A stretch of 29,978 nt of DNA from a virus (Duplodnaviria; Caudoviricetes), in IMG/VR virus record IMGVR_UViG_3300020043_003044, positions 1 to 29,978 of that record. The stretch is one strand, 5' to 3'. The stretch's first letter is position 1, and each line of letters opens with the position of its first letter. The position numbers were made by a program, and so were the translations under genes. This document shows positions 1 through 7,374 of this stretch, piece by piece. The notes beneath the pieces are model-generated. The model was not told the DNA's origin. It did not search any database and worked only from the letters and a program-made list of their open reading frames with translations.

Positions 1-2
1 GT

Positions 3-542
3 GGTGCTGAAAAAATTACACTTCTGGCGCATGTAAAAAGCGGGGCGGTAAAGTCCTGTGGGTGCTTAAAAAGAGAGGTATCCGCAAAAACTGGTCATGC
101 AAACAAAAAACACGGCCAATCATCGCCGGAATCCAGAAGCCCTGAATATAGGAGTTGGGAAACAATGAAAGCTCGCTGTTACAACAAGAATACCCCTGAT
201 TATCAAAGATATGGTGGAAGAGGAATTTCAGTGTGTGACGAGTGGCTGTCAAGTTTTCAAAATTTCGTTTCTGAAATGGGACAAAGGCCAAAAAATACGA
301 CATTAGATAGGATAGATGTTAATGGCGACTACCGAAAGGAAAATTGCAGATGGGCGACGCCATCCGTACAGCAACGTAACAAAACTACAAACAGGGTGGT
401 GGAGTTTTGCGGGGTAAAAATGACATTGGTTGAACTAGCGGAGAGAACAGGCGTCCCGTATCAGAGACTTCACGAGAGAATTGTTAGGCGCGGATGGCGT
501 GTCGATGACGCCGTTACTAAGCCTCCGAGGGGCCATTACTGA
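3..542 (+). CDS. HNH-family homing endonuclease, 5'-truncated by window edge
   Basis: Frame is open from position 3 (GAEKITLLAHVKSGAVKSCGC...EYRSWETMKARC). It carries the YGGRGISVCDEW and LDRIDVNGDYRKENCRW motifs typical of phage HNH endonucleases. Confidence 0.85.
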   Translation, partial: GAEKITLLAHVKSGAVKSCGCLKREVSAKTGHANKKHGQSSPESRSPEYRSWETMKARCYNKNTPDYQRYGGRGISVCDEWLSSFQNFVSEMGQRPKNTTLDRIDVNGDYRKENCRWATPSVQQRNKTTNRVVEFCGVKMTLVELAERTGVPYQRLHERIVRRGWRVDDAVTKPPRGHY

Positions 543-739
543 TGTTTGGGCACGGTGAGACAAAAGCAACTTGTTTATGGCTCAAAGGCCTGCCAAAGCT
601 GACACCTACAGACATTGTTGATGGCCGTGAAGCAAGAATTCATAGGTTGCCACCTAGCGCAGACCGCTGGAAAATACGTTCAACAACTTACGCTGGCATA
701 GCAAGCGCCATGGCAGCCCAGTGGTCGTGCCAAACATGA
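542..739 (+). CDS. C-terminal piece of a small phage DNA cytosine methyltransferase-like protein
   Basis: MFGHGETKATCLWLKGLPKL...RWKIRSTTYAGIASAMAAQW matches the C-terminal third of a common ~180-aa phage family as I recall it. ATG overlaps the HNH stop (TGATG), and GAGGGG lies at 527-532. Confidence 0.75.
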   Translation: MFGHGETKATCLWLKGLPKLTPTDIVDGREARIHRLPPSADRWKIRSTTYAGIASAMAAQWSCQT

Positions 740-790
740 CAGAATCACTATCGATAGATTTGCACAACCGCCAGCAGGCACGCGCGGCCC
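736..790 (+). pseudogene. N-terminal stub of a probable NinB-like protein, cut at a junction
   Basis: ATGA coupling to the previous stop. MTESLSIDLHNRQQARAA resembles betaproteobacterial phage NinB-like N-termini (from memory). Past ~790 the frame reads antisense of the minus-strand operon. Confidence 0.45.
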
Positions 791-839
791 CTGAATATTC
801 GCAACCTACTAAAACTTTGAGTTTTGCTTGTGTAAGCAT
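789..839 (-). pseudogene. N-terminal stub of the same methyltransferase-like gene, on the opposite strand
   Basis: MLTQAKLKVLVGCEYSG is the characteristic start (KVLVxCEYSG) of the family whose C-terminus is at 542-739(+). Similarity stops immediately afterwards. Confidence 0.7.
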
Positions 840-930
840 TGTTTTCTTTCTGAAACTCTTTCAAATAAGACTTCCGGCAGCAGGTGAAAGTGTCCTGTTT
901 TCTCTCCGTCGAGATAGCCGGGTCTGTTTG

Positions 931-1113
931 TTATTTTACACTATTTCCATCGGTTTGTGTCTTCTTAATATTTTCAAGTCTAAGCCATGGCAGAGCCTCA
1001 ATGTATTGTTTCCACGCGTAAAGCGCGTACTCTCGGTCAAGTGTTGCCATGTGTTTACAGTGCGCTAGGATCTTATTTGCCAGGGCTTGGTCAGCGGGGG
1101 TTAGCTCATCCAT
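931..1113 (-). CDS. hypothetical phage protein (~60 aa)
   Basis: ORF in the replication operon. ATG at 1113 overlaps the end of the upstream small gene. Confidence 0.6.
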   Translation of the reverse strand: MDELTPADQALANKILAHCKHMATLDREYALYAWKQYIEALPWLRLENIKKTQTDGNSVK

Positions 1114-1219
1114 CAATGTCACCCGTCAGGATTAGCGCCTCTGTTATTTCTTTAAGCGTTGGGGTCTTATCGCCTGCCTTTACTCGCTCTAGGATTGAGA
1201 TTGCTTCATAGTGGGTCAT
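1106..1219 (-). CDS. small hypothetical protein (37 aa, MTHYEAISILERVKAGDKTPTLKEITEALILTGDIDG)
   Basis: Not in the ORF track. It has ATGA overlap with the stop of 1216-1554 and fills the gap exactly. Confidence 0.65.
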   Translation of the reverse strand: MTHYEAISILERVKAGDKTPTLKEITEALILTGDIDG

Positions 1220-1554
1220 TTTGCCGCCTTGGTTAGTGCAGCGCGTGCAGCCTCCAATGCCTTACGCACAATCTCAGGGTTTGCTTTTGGCGCGTCCAAG
1301 TGACCGGCAATAGGCGCGTCTGGTGCGCGTTGGCATATAGCTCGAAACTCTAAAACCGTCGGCGCTTTGTTTGGCAGGTTTTGAAGCGCGTATTTGATTG
1401 CTGCGGGGTTACCCTCATACCCACTCAGTTCGTGCGCCCAATCGCTCTTTACGTCGCTTAAATCGATACCTTCCCACCGTCCGAGAAAGTCGCGCCCGTA
1501 AACCAGTGAAAGTTTCTTAAAAATAATGTCAACCAATTGAATGATGTTAGCCAT
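1216..1554 (-). CDS. replication protein P-like helicase loader/accessory protein
   Basis: Directly downstream of the initiator. Pattern YG..F..RW...W..EL and APTVLEFRAIC resembles the PPxLxEF motif of P-like proteins. Confidence 0.55.
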   Translation of the reverse strand: MANIIQLVDIIFKKLSLVYGRDFLGRWEGIDLSDVKSDWAHELSGYEGNPAAIKYALQNLPNKAPTVLEFRAICQRAPDAPIAGHLDAPKANPEIVRKALEAARAALTKAAK

Positions 1555-2437
1555 TCGTTATCTCCAGTTTTTTAGCGGGAAGTGTGTCAAAAAATGTGTT
1601 TACGTCAATCCGTTGCACGTTTGGATTTTGTGCCGCTATTGATGGGGCGATGGTTTGGTACTTTTCGCGCATTGATCTTTGGTAAGGCGTTTCGCTTGAT
1701 TGCTGCACCTTAGAAGATGGCTTTACGTTCCTGCACCAGTTTCGCCAAGTTGCAGCCCAATCGAGCTTTACGCCTTTTTGTCCAGGTTGTGAATTCCAGT
1801 AATCCCGAAACTTCGCAGCCTCTTCGAGTGTGTTTTGAATTCCAGCATCTACAGCAAACACAAAATCAGGTTCAAAGTTTTCAGGCAAGCGGGAACCGCG
1901 TGCTGTCTTTGTCTTCTCTATCTTTGGTAACGGTAACGGTAACGGTAACGGTATTGGAGACGGAGACGGAGACGGAGACGGGGCATCCGCCTCGCATCCG
2001 CCTCGCATGCGGTCCGTGTGCGGTTCGGATGCGGTTCGCATGCGGTCCGCATAATCTGGCATGCGGTTCGCAGCTTCATTGCGTCCGTATCGCTTGCATA
2101 AAGCTGCAAATCTTGATGCTTCTGACCTATCTTTTGCACCAGCTGCCCACGGGTTATGCTCTGCCCAATCATGAATGAATAACTGGTTTTCCTCTCCATC
2201 CAGAAAACCAACGTCTACCATTGCAGATACAAACGCACCATGTTCACCAGTCCAATCGACGGATAGCTCTATATCCTCGTTTGATAGTCCGGACAGGTCG
2301 CCGTCGCTTCGATTAGCAGCTGACCATATAAATAAGTAGATGCATGCCAATGGACCAGCGTGCCCCAATCGCCTGAGTAGCTTCTTTGTCTTTGGGTGAC
2401 CAGGTAGCCCGGTTGATATGCGAGCATCTTTTGTCAT
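1547..2437 (-). CDS. phage replication initiator (lambda O-like architecture)
   Basis: N-terminal HPK/HDW domain, central iteron region, PSPSPSP linker, and C-terminal RGSRLP...KFRDYW...DWAATWRNW domain. Confidence 0.8.
   Translation of the reverse strand: MTKDARISTGLPGHPKTKKLLRRLGHAGPLACIYLFIWSAANRSDGDLSGLSNEDIELSVDWTGEHGAFVSAMVDVGFLDGEENQLFIHDWAEHNPWAAGAKDRSEASRFAALCKRYGRNEAANRMPDYADRMRTASEPHTDRMRGGCEADAPSPSPSPSPIPLPLPLPLPKIEKTKTARGSRLPENFEPDFVFAVDAGIQNTLEEAAKFRDYWNSQPGQKGVKLDWAATWRNWCRNVKPSSKVQQSSETPYQRSMREKYQTIAPSIAAQNPNVQRIDVNTFFDTLPAKKLEITNG
1926..1979. repeat. hexamer tandem repeats (GGTAAC)x4-GGTATT-(GGAGAC)x4 encoding the PS/PL linker
   Basis: Read directly from the sequence. Confidence 0.95.
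1987..2073. repeat. 11-bp iteron array, probable replication origin
   Basis: CCGCCTCGCAT x2 followed by GCGGTYCGCAT-like units at 2009, 2020, 2031, 2042 and 2063, inside the initiator gene as in lambdoid origins. Confidence 0.7.
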
Positions 2438-2631
2438 TCAAAGCTTTCAGCATCTTCTTGCATGCTTTTCTTGGCATTTTTTAAGGCCTTGATTAGCAAA
2501 TTGATATTTTCAGGTTGAATGACAATTACAAACGGACCATCGTGGCCGTCGTATGGATCAGTTTGAGATATTGAAATTGCACCGCCGTTATTCACAAAAA
2601 CGTCAATTTCTAATTGCTGCTTGATTACCAT
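2434..2631 (-). CDS. hypothetical protein (65 aa, MVIKQQLEIDV...)
   Basis: ATGA overlap with the initiator. Start placed at 2631 because the longer ORF runs through a structured RNA. Confidence 0.65.
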   Translation of the reverse strand: MVIKQQLEIDVFVNNGGAISISQTDPYDGHDGPFVIVIQPENINLLIKALKNAKKSMQEDAESFE

Positions 2632-2641
2632 AAATTTACCC

Positions 2642-2755
2642 AAAAAAAAGGGCTTCACCTGCACACTCATCCTTTCGGAAGTTGATCGAACGGGTAGTAA
2701 TAACCCGCTAGTGTGCATGTGAAACCCTACTACTAGTTAATCCCGATCAAAGGAT
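2642..2755 (-). ncRNA. c4-like structured antisense RNA/attenuator with adjacent target elements
   Basis: 19-bp closing stem (2710-2728/2649-2667) followed by U8, two internal hairpins (one with a GAAA loop), and two single-stranded elements complementary to upstream 7-9-mers. Confidence 0.65.
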
Positions 2756-2797
2756 TTGCATATTCTACCCCAAATTTCTCAGGGGTAGTGCTATTTT

Positions 2798-3451
2798 TTA
2801 CAATAAATCAGACTGCGTGCCCGTACTTCCAAACCCCTTATCACCGCGCTCGGTTTCCTTTAGCTCGCTAGTTTCCTCGATGACCCATTGATCGACCGGG
2901 AGAATCATGGCCTGCGCTATGCGGTCGCCGGGTTTGACAAAATACGGCACGTGGCCCATATCGTGGTCTGGTTCGTCGCAAACCAATTGCACCATCACTT
3001 CCCCGGTGTAGTCAGCGTCAATTACGCCTGCGCAGTTAGAGAGTCGCACCTGATGCTTGAATCCATGCCCTGAGCGGCTGAAAACCAGCATTACGTGGGC
3101 TGCAGGTATGTCAAAGGCTAGACCCGTGCCGCAGGTTACGGGAAAACCCTGCGTGACGTTGGAGCCTATATGGGCCATGCCAGCTACGGTAGCAGCGTGC
3201 AAATCGAAGCAAGCGGCGCCTGCGGTTTGGTACTTTGGCAAGATTGCGTTTTCGTGTAGGCGCTTTGCCTTGAGGGTCTTGGTCATAGTGTCTCCATTAG
3301 TGAATAAATCGTCTTGATCATTAGCAGTCACCCTGCTTGATATCTTGGGTGAATTGCCGAATCGCTTTGCATAGCAGGTTGGGCCTATTGCCCTTCCAGC
3401 TACCCAATACGCCACCTTTTCAAGTGGCTTGTTGCACATAATGCAGTTCAC
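2798..3451 (-). CDS. dut: trimeric dUTPase with in-frame N-terminal Cys-rich zinc-finger-like extension (second start at 3286)
   Basis: All five dUTPase motifs are present: ACFDL, SRSG, GVIDADYTGE, GDRIAQ, RGDKGFGSTG. GGAG precedes the ATG at 3286. Confidence 0.93.
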   Translation of the reverse strand: MNCIMCNKPLEKVAYWVAGRAIGPTCYAKRFGNSPKISSRVTANDQDDLFTNGDTMTKTLKAKRLHENAILPKYQTAGAACFDLHAATVAGMAHIGSNVTQGFPVTCGTGLAFDIPAAHVMLVFSRSGHGFKHQVRLSNCAGVIDADYTGEVMVQLVCDEPDHDMGHVPYFVKPGDRIAQAMILPVDQWVIEETSELKETERGDKGFGSTGTQSDLL

Positions 3452-5772
3452 TCTGCAAACATATCGTTTTGATTGTCGCTCTTAGAAGCCTCGTCAAGAT
3501 TCCGGCAAGCGATGTCAAAATAGGATTTTTTCAACTCAGCGCCTACGAATTTGCGCTTACTTTTCAGGCTGATGTAACCCTCTGATCCAATTCCGGTAAA
3601 TGGCGAAAACACCAAGTCGCCGGGATTACTCCAAAGTTCTACGCAGCGCTCAATCACATCGAGCTGCAACGGGCAGATATGGCGCTCTTCGTCTTTTTCC
3701 TTTGCCAGCTTGTAGTTCAAAACGTCAGTTTGATCAATGTCAAACCAAACTGGGGATGCGTAACGCTGCCATACTGAAATTGAGTAAAGGCGAGTCTTTT
3801 CTTCCTCAGTCCGAGCGCGGCCCCAATCTTTTGACTGTGGTGCGTTGTAGCTGCTACCAACATAATCAAAGAATCGCTCACCTCCACGAGTTACAGCGTC
3901 CCACTTATCTTCGTCAGCCCACTTGCGCATCACGATGATGTAGTCAGCCATGCCCTGACGCGATGCGCTTGAGTCTTTGCAGAGTTGTTTGTAAAGCAGC
4001 CCGTGGTTTTTAGTGCGCTGCATTTCAATAACTGGATCTTTCCAGATTGTTACTCGGCTGTGATACTGCCAGCCCTTAGATTCATACATCTTAATGATCT
4101 CGCCAGGAAAGTCGCGCAGGCCTGCAGCTCCGTCGCGGCCTTTGTACATTGGCAAATCCTTGCAATGAATAGCAGTCAAGCGGCCAGGCTTTGTAATCCG
4201 ATGCAGCTCTTCGGCCAAGTATGCGTAATGGTGCATAAATTGGCCATCGTCCGAGCTATTGCCCATGTCATATTCAGAGTCCGAATAAATGTAAAGATTC
4301 GAGAATGGTGGGCTGTACACGCTGAACCCGATAGAGTCAGAATCAATCATCTTGGCAACGTGAACACAGTCGCCATGGTGCAAAATCCAGTTTTTGCCTT
4401 CTTTGGTTTCAAAATATGGAGTGTCGTTCATTTCGGTTGCCTTTTTGTAAAATATTGAGATTGCCTTGACCATCTCGGTTTTCATTACGTTGTGCTTTGC
4501 TTCTTTATCCTGAATAATCGACAAAATAGAGCGCTCAGAGTCAGCGGCCATAACGTAGCAATTCACTTCCTGCTTTTGGCCAAAACGGTAGCAGCGTCGA
4601 ATCGCTTGGTAATAGTCCTCGTAAGAGTAGGACAAACCAACGAATGCCATGTTTCGGCAGTGTTGCAAATTCAAGCCCATTCCAGCAAGCGACGGTTTTG
4701 TGATCAATACACGAATTGAACCATCAATAAACCCCTCAAGGCTCTTTTCTTTCTTTTCGATACTGTCAGAGCCACGCATGTCAATCGCGTCTGCAATCAA
4801 TCCTTTTAGTGCGTCAGCTTCATAATTCGTGTTGCACCAGACTAACCAAGGCTCAGTGCTTGCGTTAACCAGCTTGGCAACTTCAGCAGCTCGGCGCTCA
4901 ATCGTCAATCGGCCTTCTTTATGCACGCTGGTTGCATTGATAGTCACTGTGCGGAATAGCTCACCTTCAGCAGGCGGAAGTCCTTCGGTAGATACTTCAA
5001 CGAACTGTTGACGCAAAGCAGGCAGGATGTACGCTGTGCCGTCATATCCCAAGTCAGCTGGGTTTGATAGGCAAACGCTCCACGTTGCGCACCACTCCCA
5101 AAACTTAGTGGCGGCATGTGGGCGAAGTACATACGCGCCAGCTTCCATCGTGTCATTTTGGAAAAAACGCATGATCATCTCGTTAGATGGCATGATTCCC
5201 AAAAATGCAGCGTGGTTGCCCAGCTCTAGGTAATCGTTAGGCGAAGGTGTTGCAGTGCAAGCCAGTCGGTATGGGACATCTTCGCAAGCTGTAATCAATG
5301 CCTGCTTAGTCTTCCCCATGTAGCTTTTCAAAATTGAAGATTCATCCAAAACAACGCCGCTGAATGTTGAAACGTCAAATGCGTGCAGCATCTCGTAATT
5401 CGTGATTACGATGTTTCCCGTCACTTCGGTTTGTGATCGGCAATATTGGATATGCATGCCGAATTTTTTAGCTTCTTTGACGGTCTGGTGGGCTACGCAC
5501 AGCGGGGCAACAATCAACACTTTGCCGTAAGTATGCGCCGCGACTTGTTGCGCCCAAGCTGTTTGCATTGCAGTTTTGCCAAGTCCAGTGTCAGCGAAGA
5601 TGGCCGCACGCCCTTTTTTGCATGCCCATGTAACGATGTCTTTTTGAAAGTCAAACAAAAATTGATTGAGGTTTTCAGGATTGAACCCAAACCAGTCAGA
5701 CTTTGTGCGTTTGTTTCCAATAAATTCGTCATAGCCAAGAGAATTGGCATCAATTAAAATATTCTCACTCAT
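3448..5772 (-). CDS. SNF2-like helicase fused to an amino (N4C/N6A) DNA methyltransferase
   Basis: Helicase motifs DTGLGKT, LDESS, TATP and QAIRRCYRFGQ. MTase motifs SPPF then PFTGIGS (beta-class order). Confidence 0.9.
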   Translation of the reverse strand: MSENILIDANSLGYDEFIGNKRTKSDWFGFNPENLNQFLFDFQKDIVTWACKKGRAAIFADTGLGKTAMQTAWAQQVAAHTYGKVLIVAPLCVAHQTVKEAKKFGMHIQYCRSQTEVTGNIVITNYEMLHAFDVSTFSGVVLDESSILKSYMGKTKQALITACEDVPYRLACTATPSPNDYLELGNHAAFLGIMPSNEMIMRFFQNDTMEAGAYVLRPHAATKFWEWCATWSVCLSNPADLGYDGTAYILPALRQQFVEVSTEGLPPAEGELFRTVTINATSVHKEGRLTIERRAAEVAKLVNASTEPWLVWCNTNYEADALKGLIADAIDMRGSDSIEKKEKSLEGFIDGSIRVLITKPSLAGMGLNLQHCRNMAFVGLSYSYEDYYQAIRRCYRFGQKQEVNCYVMAADSERSILSIIQDKEAKHNVMKTEMVKAISIFYKKATEMNDTPYFETKEGKNWILHHGDCVHVAKMIDSDSIGFSVYSPPFSNLYIYSDSEYDMGNSSDDGQFMHHYAYLAEELHRITKPGRLTAIHCKDLPMYKGRDGAAGLRDFPGEIIKMYESKGWQYHSRVTIWKDPVIEMQRTKNHGLLYKQLCKDSSASRQGMADYIIVMRKWADEDKWDAVTRGGERFFDYVGSSYNAPQSKDWGRARTEEEKTRLYSISVWQRYASPVWFDIDQTDVLNYKLAKEKDEERHICPLQLDVIERCVELWSNPGDLVFSPFTGIGSEGYISLKSKRKFVGAELKKSYFDIACRNLDEASKSDNQNDMFAE

Positions 5773-5809
5773 TACTAACCCTTCTTTAGTTGTGATAGAA
5801 AAGCCGTTA

Positions 5810-6031
5810 TCAGTTTGCGCTGATTGCGGTTTTTTGCTTTGCTGCTCTTACCTTGTTAGACAAAGCGACTGCTTCGGATTGACTCAATACTTTGATGCCT
5901 TGCTTGCGTAGTTGTCTCGGATGAGTACCAAGCGCAATCTTGCGGTGAAAGTACGCAAGCTGTGGTGAAATTGGTTTAGGTTGTTCAATTGCTCTCTGTT
6001 CCCTCCAAAAAAAGGCATTTAACGTATTCAT
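5810..6031 (-). CDS. hypothetical protein
   Basis: 73-aa ORF coupled (ATGA) to the upstream small gene. Confidence 0.55.
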   Translation of the reverse strand: MNTLNAFFWREQRAIEQPKPISPQLAYFHRKIALGTHPRQLRKQGIKVLSQSEAVALSNKVRAAKQKTAISAN

Positions 6032-6195
6032 CGCGGCGCTCTCTGTGAGTTAGTTTGATTCGTTGTGCAGGTGTATTGCTCTGGGTTTACCCTAGTAGCG
6101 TCAATCACAATCTGGCGTTTGCTTTTGGTTCGGCCGAGCTTGATCGTGGTGGGTTGGGTTTGCCAGTTAAACGGGCTGGGTGGTGTAGGTTTCAT
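6028..6195 (-). CDS. small hypothetical protein (55 aa, MKPTPPSPFNWQTQP...)
   Basis: Not in the ORF track. AAAGGAAACC precedes the ATG, and the stop overlaps the next start. Confidence 0.6.
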   Translation of the reverse strand: MKPTPPSPFNWQTQPTTIKLGRTKSKRQIVIDATRVNPEQYTCTTNQTNSQRAPR

Positions 6196-6204
6196 GGTTT
6201 CCTT

Positions 6205-6283
6205 TGTTAGCGTGTGATTGATTGTAATTCAAATTACACACCAACGCATAAACTTTGTAAAATTTATTCTAAGGAAAACCCTA
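6205..6283 (-). promoter_or_regulatory. leftward promoter with TACAAT -10 and overlapping palindrome
   Basis: TGTAATTCAAATTACA palindrome at 6223-6238, TACAAT on the minus strand, and a TAGGGTTTTCCTTA element at 6270-6283. Confidence 0.55.
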
Positions 6284-6287
6284 ATAC

Positions 6288-6346
6288 GCTACTAAATTGA
6301 TAGCTGCTTACGCAATGTTGGTGAGGGCTAGTGGCTCATTTAGCAT
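6288..6346. repeat. Comamonadaceae-type intergenic REP-like element (single copy)
   Basis: GCTACTAAATTGATAGCTGCTTACGCA...GGGCTAGTGGC resembles, from memory, the abundant GCTAtnAAAnnGATAGCTGCT...GCTAGAGGC repeat. Confidence 0.5.
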
Positions 6347-6687
6347 AAATTCCCCCGTGACTTTAGGTGAGAGTGATTGCTTCCTGGCCGCGGTACAGAA
6401 AAAAATGGATCTCCGTCACCAGTGCGGTAGTGGCCAGCCTTATGCACCACCACCCTAGGTGTTGCCGTGTCTTTCTGGTCAAGTTTCTGGCGGCCCAGTA
6501 TCGTGATGTGCCAGCAGCTCTCCGCTTCGTAAAGGAAACCGGCTTCCACCAGTTCGGCCAGTCGGTTGGTTACGGCTTCCTCGCTCAAACTCACGCCTGA
6601 ATAGTGGCCGCTGGTAAAGTAAGTGATTCGGCGCGGTGACTGTGCGATTGCAATCAGCATCTTGCGCTTGGTTTCGTTGAGTTTCAT
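6340..6687 (-). CDS. winged-helix-like hypothetical protein
   Basis: L..LVEAGFL....WHITILGRQ pattern of a wHTH wing. Coupled to the upstream gene. Confidence 0.6.
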   Translation of the reverse strand: MKLNETKRKMLIAIAQSPRRITYFTSGHYSGVSLSEEAVTNRLAELVEAGFLYEAESCWHITILGRQKLDQKDTATPRVVVHKAGHYRTGDGDPFFSVPRPGSNHSHLKSRGNLC

Positions 6688-6968
6688 AGTTGCTTTCCTG
6701 CTTCAATGCCTTTGTCATTAAGTTTGAACTTCCATTCGCCATCTTCGTGAAGCGATACGGAAATTAAGCCATTTGCAACAAGGCCAAGCATATTCTTGAC
6801 GTAACTCATTGAATCTGCGCAATGATCTACCCACTTTGGGGCAACTTCATGAAATAGACGTTTTCCATCTTTGTCATGAATTGCTCCAAGTAGATTTTTT
6901 GCCTCGTCTTTTGTCCATCCTGATTTAACTAGGTGGTCAATTGCTTGTTCAATTGGGTTTGTTTTCAT
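6684..6968 (-). CDS. hypothetical protein
   Basis: 94-aa ORF with 4-bp overlaps on both sides. Confidence 0.65.
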   Translation of the reverse strand: MKTNPIEQAIDHLVKSGWTKDEAKNLLGAIHDKDGKRLFHEVAPKWVDHCADSMSYVKNMLGLVANGLISVSLHEDGEWKFKLNDKGIEAGKQL

Positions 6969-7159
6969 TGTTGCTTTGCTTTCAATTGTTCGCGGTATGC
7001 CTTCGCCTCTGCTTTCGTCATAAAGCTGATAGCCGCTTCCTGTGCAGTGGTTAGCCGCAGTCGGTTAGCAGGCTTGACGTATTTAGCAGGTGCGCGGTGG
7101 GTTGGTATGCTGAAGGCGTTATTGCAGCTTTTTGGTACGCCGTTGGGCCAGTATTCCAT
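6965..7159 (-). CDS. hypothetical protein
   Basis: 64-aa ORF immediately downstream of the Cro-like gene. Confidence 0.55.
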   Translation of the reverse strand: MEYWPNGVPKSCNNAFSIPTHRAPAKYVKPANRLRLTTAQEAAISFMTKAEAKAYREQLKAKQQ

Positions 7160-7160
7160 G

Positions 7161-7361
7161 TTATTCAGGAAGTACGGCTGTGGGCTTTTTCGCTTTCTTA
7201 CTTTCCTTCAAGCGTAGGGCAGCGCCGCGCACTTTGTCGGCTACGCTTTGGGATAGTGGGTCGGGCCATAGGTACACGCTTTGCGGGACTTTGTACCCCA
7301 TAGCCTCAGCCACTTTTTTGGCTGTGCCGCCTAGCATGTCGATAGCTTCTTGTTTACGCAT
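7161..7361 (-). CDS. Cro-like helix-turn-helix regulator
   Basis: MRKQEAIDMLGGTAKKVAEAMGYKVPQSVYLWP is a Cro-type HTH. It is the first gene of the leftward arm. Confidence 0.8.
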   Translation of the reverse strand: MRKQEAIDMLGGTAKKVAEAMGYKVPQSVYLWPDPLSQSVADKVRGAALRLKESKKAKKPTAVLPE

Positions 7362-7374
7362 TGGTAACTTTCAA

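Noticed and set aside
654-839. 61-aa minus-strand ORF as an intact gene
   Set aside because: Chimeric: 17 family-like codons followed by antisense of the plus-strand genes.
721-1068. 115-aa plus-strand ORF as an intact gene
   Set aside because: Only 736-790 looks coding. The rest is antisense read-through past the junction.
1717-2211. Alternative-frame ORFs with VTVT/ETET/RLRL/RYRY repeats
   Set aside because: By-products of the hexamer repeats within the initiator gene.
2632-2718. 5' extension of the 2434-2718 ORF
   Set aside because: It runs through the structured RNA and U-tract. The ATG at 2631 is more plausible.
2642-2730. tRNA gene
   Set aside because: Cloverleaf-like, but the 19-bp closing stem, lack of a canonical T-loop/D-loop arrangement and lack of a CCA end argue against it.
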